The translations under genes were made by a program, and so were the position numbers. The notes beneath the pieces were generated by a model that saw nothing but the letters and a program-made list of their open reading frames with translations, searched no databases and was not told where the DNA came from. 64,000 nt of DNA from Podarcis erhardii (Eukaryota), in NCBI GenBank assembly GCA_964252035.1, contig OZ176208.1, one strand, 5' to 3'. Shown here one piece after another: positions 59,292 through 64,000 of the stretch. Within the stretch, counting starts at the first letter, position 1, and each line of letters opens with the position of its first letter.

Positions 59292-60027
59292 TAAAAATCT
59301 TATGGCCTTTTAATCTTTAGGGGCAAGTAGCGTTTGTGTGTGCTACTATGTTATGTAATTTTGTGTTTTGATATTGTAAACTGCCCTGTGATCCTCAGAC
59401 GAAGGACAGTATAGAAATTTAATAAATAAATAACCAACCAACCAACCCCCCATTATATAATTGTTTGTATGCAGGCAAAATTAATCTATGCTGCATAGGA
59501 ATGCCTGCACCAGGGTGTTTCTTGTAGCATGCTAGTATTCTGCAGCTCTCCCTTTGGAAACCATTTAGAACAATTATCACCAAACTTGTTTTGATCTATG
59601 GTTTTGAAGCAACTCATGGTTAGTGATGACTATAATTTGCCATCATCTCAAACCATAGAATGGAGAAAGGAATATGTAAGCCTATAGAGTTTACCAATTA
59701 CCCAAACTATTGTTCAGCAATAGCTCAATGCTGGCCAAATTGAGCCATGGGAAATTTTATTTACGTTTCTTTGGAACAGCAGTTATTTTGGAGTACTTTT
59801 GCCACCAGTTAAAGGCTTATTTACCCTGGATTTCCCTGATCATTAGTAAAGGTCTTGGCTGCTCTTGGTTAATACTTTTGTGATGTTTTTACAGGTACTT
59901 TTATTGGATTTGTGCATTGTTTTACATTGTGATGTGATTTGTAATTCACTGTATTGAAAGAGAAATAGGTTTAGATAAATAAATTGGATATTGTACCACT
60001 CGAGGAAATGGCTTAACACTGACTTAC

Positions 60028-60179
60028 TTGTCATCAATGCTATTCTGATAATATATGTGCAAAAGTTTATCCTTTATCCAGCTCACTTTCTCTGCTGCAT
60101 CTTTTCCAGCTTCGGCATGAAGACAGTATTTCTTGTATAGCTGGGCGAGACCCATCATTGCTTCTTTTCTTACTCGCCA
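60028..60179 (-). CDS. PDS5A: PDS5A exon ~12 ([51 protein letters not shown])
   Basis: tttaag|TGG ... GACAA|gtaagt; 152 nt. Confidence 0.97.
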
Positions 60180-61573
60180 CTTAAAAGGGGAAAAAAGAAA
60201 GCATTTTTAGGTTTACAGGATTACATACTCTCTTTTTCTTATTTAATGAGTGCCCTTGATCTGTTCAAAGTGGGGTGGTTTGTAATTACCCTTTGGAGAA
60301 TATTTTGGAACCTTTATTTTTTAAAAAAATTTTTAACTGTTTTTCTTTCATCAGTCCCCCTATTTTTATCTCCGCCCTTGTTATGGATATAATAGTGGCT
60401 TCTAAGAGATTTTGGAGTTTTTTACTAGGTGAATGTGTTTAAACATTTTCCTAATTCTTTTCCTAATTCTTAATACTATTTTTAAACAAATTTTAAACAA
60501 CGAATTTCTGTTTACTATCAGGTGACACAGCAACTATTGTTTCATAACATCTGGCAAAACAGTGATGCAGGATACTGGTTTTTGTATGTTATATGAGAAA
60601 TGGGATTTTTGTGTCTTTGCTAGATCACTGAAAACCCCCCAATATTTGTGGTTACAGAATCTCATGGATTGTAAGATGTTTGTGAAATGTATTCTGCCTC
60701 TGATATTATACACCACAACTTGGTAGCTTTAGTTTGAATTTCCCTGTATGTTTTCCAATGACTAGAATGTTTCTGAAATATCTAAAATGTAACTTGCTGT
60801 GGAAGAACCATCATTATGGTTTTTCTTCTTTTTCACAGCCTGCAGGACCATAGAAATCCATAAACATTTTACTTTTCCCAAAACAAAAGCCAGACAAGAA
60901 CACTATCCACAAAAGTAGCCCTGTTCAGTTTTGATTACTTTGAAGAAAGGAGACAGGACTAATACAATATTTTGTCTAAAATGTCATTGTAAGTTTCTAA
61001 ATAATTAAATACTGAGAACAGAAACTGACATTTGACAGCTTAAATGTCACAACAGGTCAGCAATCACTTTTACTTTGAAAACTGTCAATGTGGTGATAGT
61101 AAGAACAAGTCCTGATGTGATGCAGATAATATAGCATTTAGACAGGACATGTTGCTGTTACACTTTTTCAGCATGCAGGTTCACAATCCCAGCCTGGAGT
61201 AAAAAGGGATTCTGAAAGTTGAATGAGCATTTCAGTAACTGGTTTTTGCCTGTTGTTGTGATGCAACGTGCAATGAAAAAAACTTAAAATATCCATACAA
61301 CTTTGAAGCATGAAACTGCTACATTTTCACAGTTTTATTCTGTTATAGGATTTCCACTTCCACATGAGAATTCCTTTCACCCCCTGCAGTTCCTGGTACA
61401 GTCCCAACACCTGCTCTAGAAGTTCCCCTGATCCTCTAGCGTAGATTCTGGGGGAATACAAGGGACTTCAGAGGAGGGGAAGGTGAGGTCCTATTGCACA
61501 AGCAGAAATCCACTCATGTGACACTGGTTGTCACCCTATGAGTTTTAACATTATAGCATTCCTTTCATCTTAC

Positions 61574-61719
61574 CCTCTTGTCCAGTGTTCTCTCTCTGAC
61601 AAAGCCAAGTAACTGGTCATTGACTAAAGAGAGGTCCCTCTTGCCAGCTGTTATTATTGTAACAATGACATCATGTCGAATGGCTTCTTCTGGATCATGT
61701 GACCTAACCTTTAAGTACT
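61574..61719 (-). CDS. PDS5A: PDS5A exon ~11 ([49 protein letters not shown])
   Basis: attag|AGTAC ... AAGAGG|gtaaga; 146 nt. Confidence 0.97.
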
Positions 61720-62205
61720 CTAATACAAAAAGAAAACATTGTCAGTTTTATGCTTCTGGCTTGGTTGCAATCAAAGAACAACAAATTAGGAATACTAAAT
61801 ACCTATCCTTAGCCTACAATTGTAAACACATGAGTTTAGGGAGAGATTAATATTATAACTTCAATTAGGAAAGCAACTGAACAGAGGAAAGTCACAGATT
61901 CCACTTAATGAAAGGCCTGCTGTGGTAAACTAAAAATTGCAAGAATATTAGAAATGATAAGCTACTCCATTTTGTATGTTGAATATGCAAAATATCAGAA
62001 CCATCACACCAGCTCCAATTCTATTTGAAAATTTGCCTTGAACAATCCTTCTAATCCTTCAACTGATTAAAAACATAATCAAGTCAAACATTTATATATA
62101 TTATAATTATGTTAGTATTTGTCATGCCACCATGTTATGTACATGAGCTATTATCTTCATGCTCTTCTGTCTAATGAATCTAATCTAGGAGATAAGAGAT
62201 CTTAC

Positions 62206-62300
62206 CAGTGAGGTCTTTTGCTAAATCTGGATGGTTCATTAAACAATGGCTTGCAAATTTCACGCTTTCTAATCTCACAGGAACATGGATATCGTTAAAT
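62206..62300 (-). CDS. PDS5A: PDS5A exon ~10 ([31 protein letters not shown])
   Basis: ctccag|ATTT ... CACTG|gtaag; 95 nt. Confidence 0.97.
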
Positions 62301-62935
62301 CTGGAGAAGGGGAAATTAATTTACAATTATAATAGACAAATAAACTTAGTATGTTTTCATAAACTCCATCATTTCAGAGTGCAACACATCCTGACACACG
62401 ATAAGGCAAAGCAAACTCAAAACAAGTAGGACAAAAAAGTACAGTAATCCTTTGAATAAAAATGCAATAAAATGCATATAAGGTTACATTGAAACAGCTA
62501 AATGTATTGTCATTCGCCTAACCCTTTAGGGAAGAGCAGAACCTAACTAACTAGTTTACATAGTAGTGCTGAAGAACCTCTGCCCATTTTTCTCAAACCA
62601 CACCCATCCACCCTCACAGCTGATTTCCTATGTATGCCAGATGTGGCTGCAAAGAAGCAATCAGGAAGTTAAAGTATGCTCCTGATTGTTCCTTGGCAAG
62701 CATGGTTTGCTACTGTTATTGATCAGCTTAAGTTTTCTATTTGCACGTGCAGTTTAAACCCAATGGTCTTCAAAGGGATTTGCTTGTTGGTGCACCTCAC
62801 CTTTAAAAGTTGGCCCGTAGCCACCTGTGCTATATATAACTATCAAAAACACAAATGCTACTACTTGTATGTAGTGTACATAGTTATTCCAGGGAAACCG
62901 TATACTGTTACAGCATATAAAGGCAGCAGGGAATA

Positions 62936-63176
62936 CAGTGGTACCTTGGTTTAAGAACAGCCCTGTTTACGAACGATTCGGTTTACGAACTCCGTAAAAC
63001 CGGAAGTAGTATCCCAGTTTGCAAACTTTACCTCTGTCTAAGAACGGAATCCAAACGGTGGAAGGGCACTGCCGGCAGGAGGCCTCATAAGGGAAAGCGC
63101 GCCTCAGTTTAAGAATGGTTTCGGTTTAAGAATGGACTTCCGGAATGGATTAAGTTTGTAAACTGAGGTACCACTG
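62936..63176. mobile_element. Tc1/mariner-type MITE, complete
   Basis: TA|CAGTGGTACCTTGGTTTA ... TAAACTGAGGTACCACTG|TA. Confidence 0.92.
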
Positions 63177-63386
63177 TATACTATTAGGCAAGACCTAAAC
63201 TGAGCTTTGCTTCAAGATGTGAACTCCAGTCCTATCTGAAAATAGAAGTAGGTCTAACAATATGTAGCAGATAGCCATGACCATATGAAAATCATTACAG
63301 ATTTTTTTTTTTAAAAGAGATGAATGGCAGGAAGAGAGCTGCTTTGAGACAAGAACAATTAAAAACACGTTTGTATGTTTTCTCAC

Positions 63387-63502
63387 CGGCCAAGAAAGCA
63401 CTGCCAAAGCGGACGGTTCTGCGTTGCGAGGTCAGAATCCTTAGAACCAAATAGCTTAGCTAAAAGGCGAACAACAGCTAAACGTTCCTCTCCATCGTTG
63501 CT
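63387..63502 (-). CDS. PDS5A: PDS5A exon ~9 ([39 protein letters not shown])
   Basis: tgtag|AGC ... GGCCG|gtgaga; 116 nt. Confidence 0.97.
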
Positions 63503-63857
63503 CTACAGTTTGAAGACAACAAAAAACAGAATTGGAATTAAATACTATCAAAACGAAACAAATATACAAAAATCAAAGTCATGTTATTCAACTATTGGAT
63601 TCTTGCCTTTTGAAAAACCAAAGCAATACAAACAAGGATTCCAGCTCACAGACTCCTATGAAGAGCTCGCTCTCTGTATTATGCAATGCCATCTTAAAGC
63701 CATAGAGCATGCGAAGCTACTGTTTCAGAAACATGAGCCCAAAGCACCACTAAATAGGTGGATCTAGTTGCTTGGTTTTTTGGAACCTAAACTGTTGTCA
63801 CAGCCTCATGCTGGGGACCTCCACATATGTAAATATTAAATAACTAATTTCACTTAC

Positions 63858-63998
63858 CTTCAGTTTGAACTCAAGCTGTGGCATGACGGACAGCAATAAA
63901 TTAGGATCAACAGCAAAAAGCTCCTGAATTAGATCAAATATATGCTCTGACAAGTCACTTACAGAAGACTTTCCTAGTACCAGGACCTGGTTAAAAAA
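63858..63998 (-). CDS. PDS5A: PDS5A exon ~8 ([47 protein letters not shown])
   Basis: Acceptor AG at 64000-63999; donor GTAAGT; 141 nt; matches PDS5A HEAT-repeat region. Upstream exons lie beyond the window. Confidence 0.96.
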
Positions 63999-64000
63999 CT

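Noticed and set aside
14362-63998. Minor-spliceosome (U12) introns or intronic snoRNA/tRNA genes
   Set aside because: No RTATCCT donors among the mapped introns and no convincing snoRNA or tRNA structures; the tRNA-like sequences are SINE heads.

Overview
This is vertebrate genomic DNA, most likely from a lacertid-type lizard (inferred from Sauria SINEs, Bov-B and squamate MITEs). It holds two convergent spliced genes. UBE2K (+ strand) has coding exons 2-7 at 14362-23315 and a long, apparently TE-free 3'UTR; its canonical first coding exon (MANIAVQRIKREFKEVLKSEE) is not in the window. PDS5A (- strand) has 26 exons at 63998-33074, giving 1092 aa of contiguous frame, plus its 3'UTR. Exon numbers follow the human genes from memory. 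Introns and intergenic DNA carry many retroposons and non-autonomous DNA transposons, several with exact target-site duplications (TSDs). The most interesting observation is an unexplained 312-nt, phase-2/phase-2, stop-free exon candidate (33994-33683) in the last PDS5A intron. It would add 104 residues, largely acidic, to the PDS5A C-terminus and is followed directly by tandem AATAAA signals. Other notable items: a stop-codon layout in which every 3' splicing choice ends in R-stop; an orphan CpG-island promoter in UBE2K intron 1; a GC-AG intron; and a 1.14-kb ORF-less L1-type retroposon carrying a near-consensus CTCF site and a YY1 site between the two genes. No prokaryotic-type systems are present. 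There is one assembly gap at 58996-59161.
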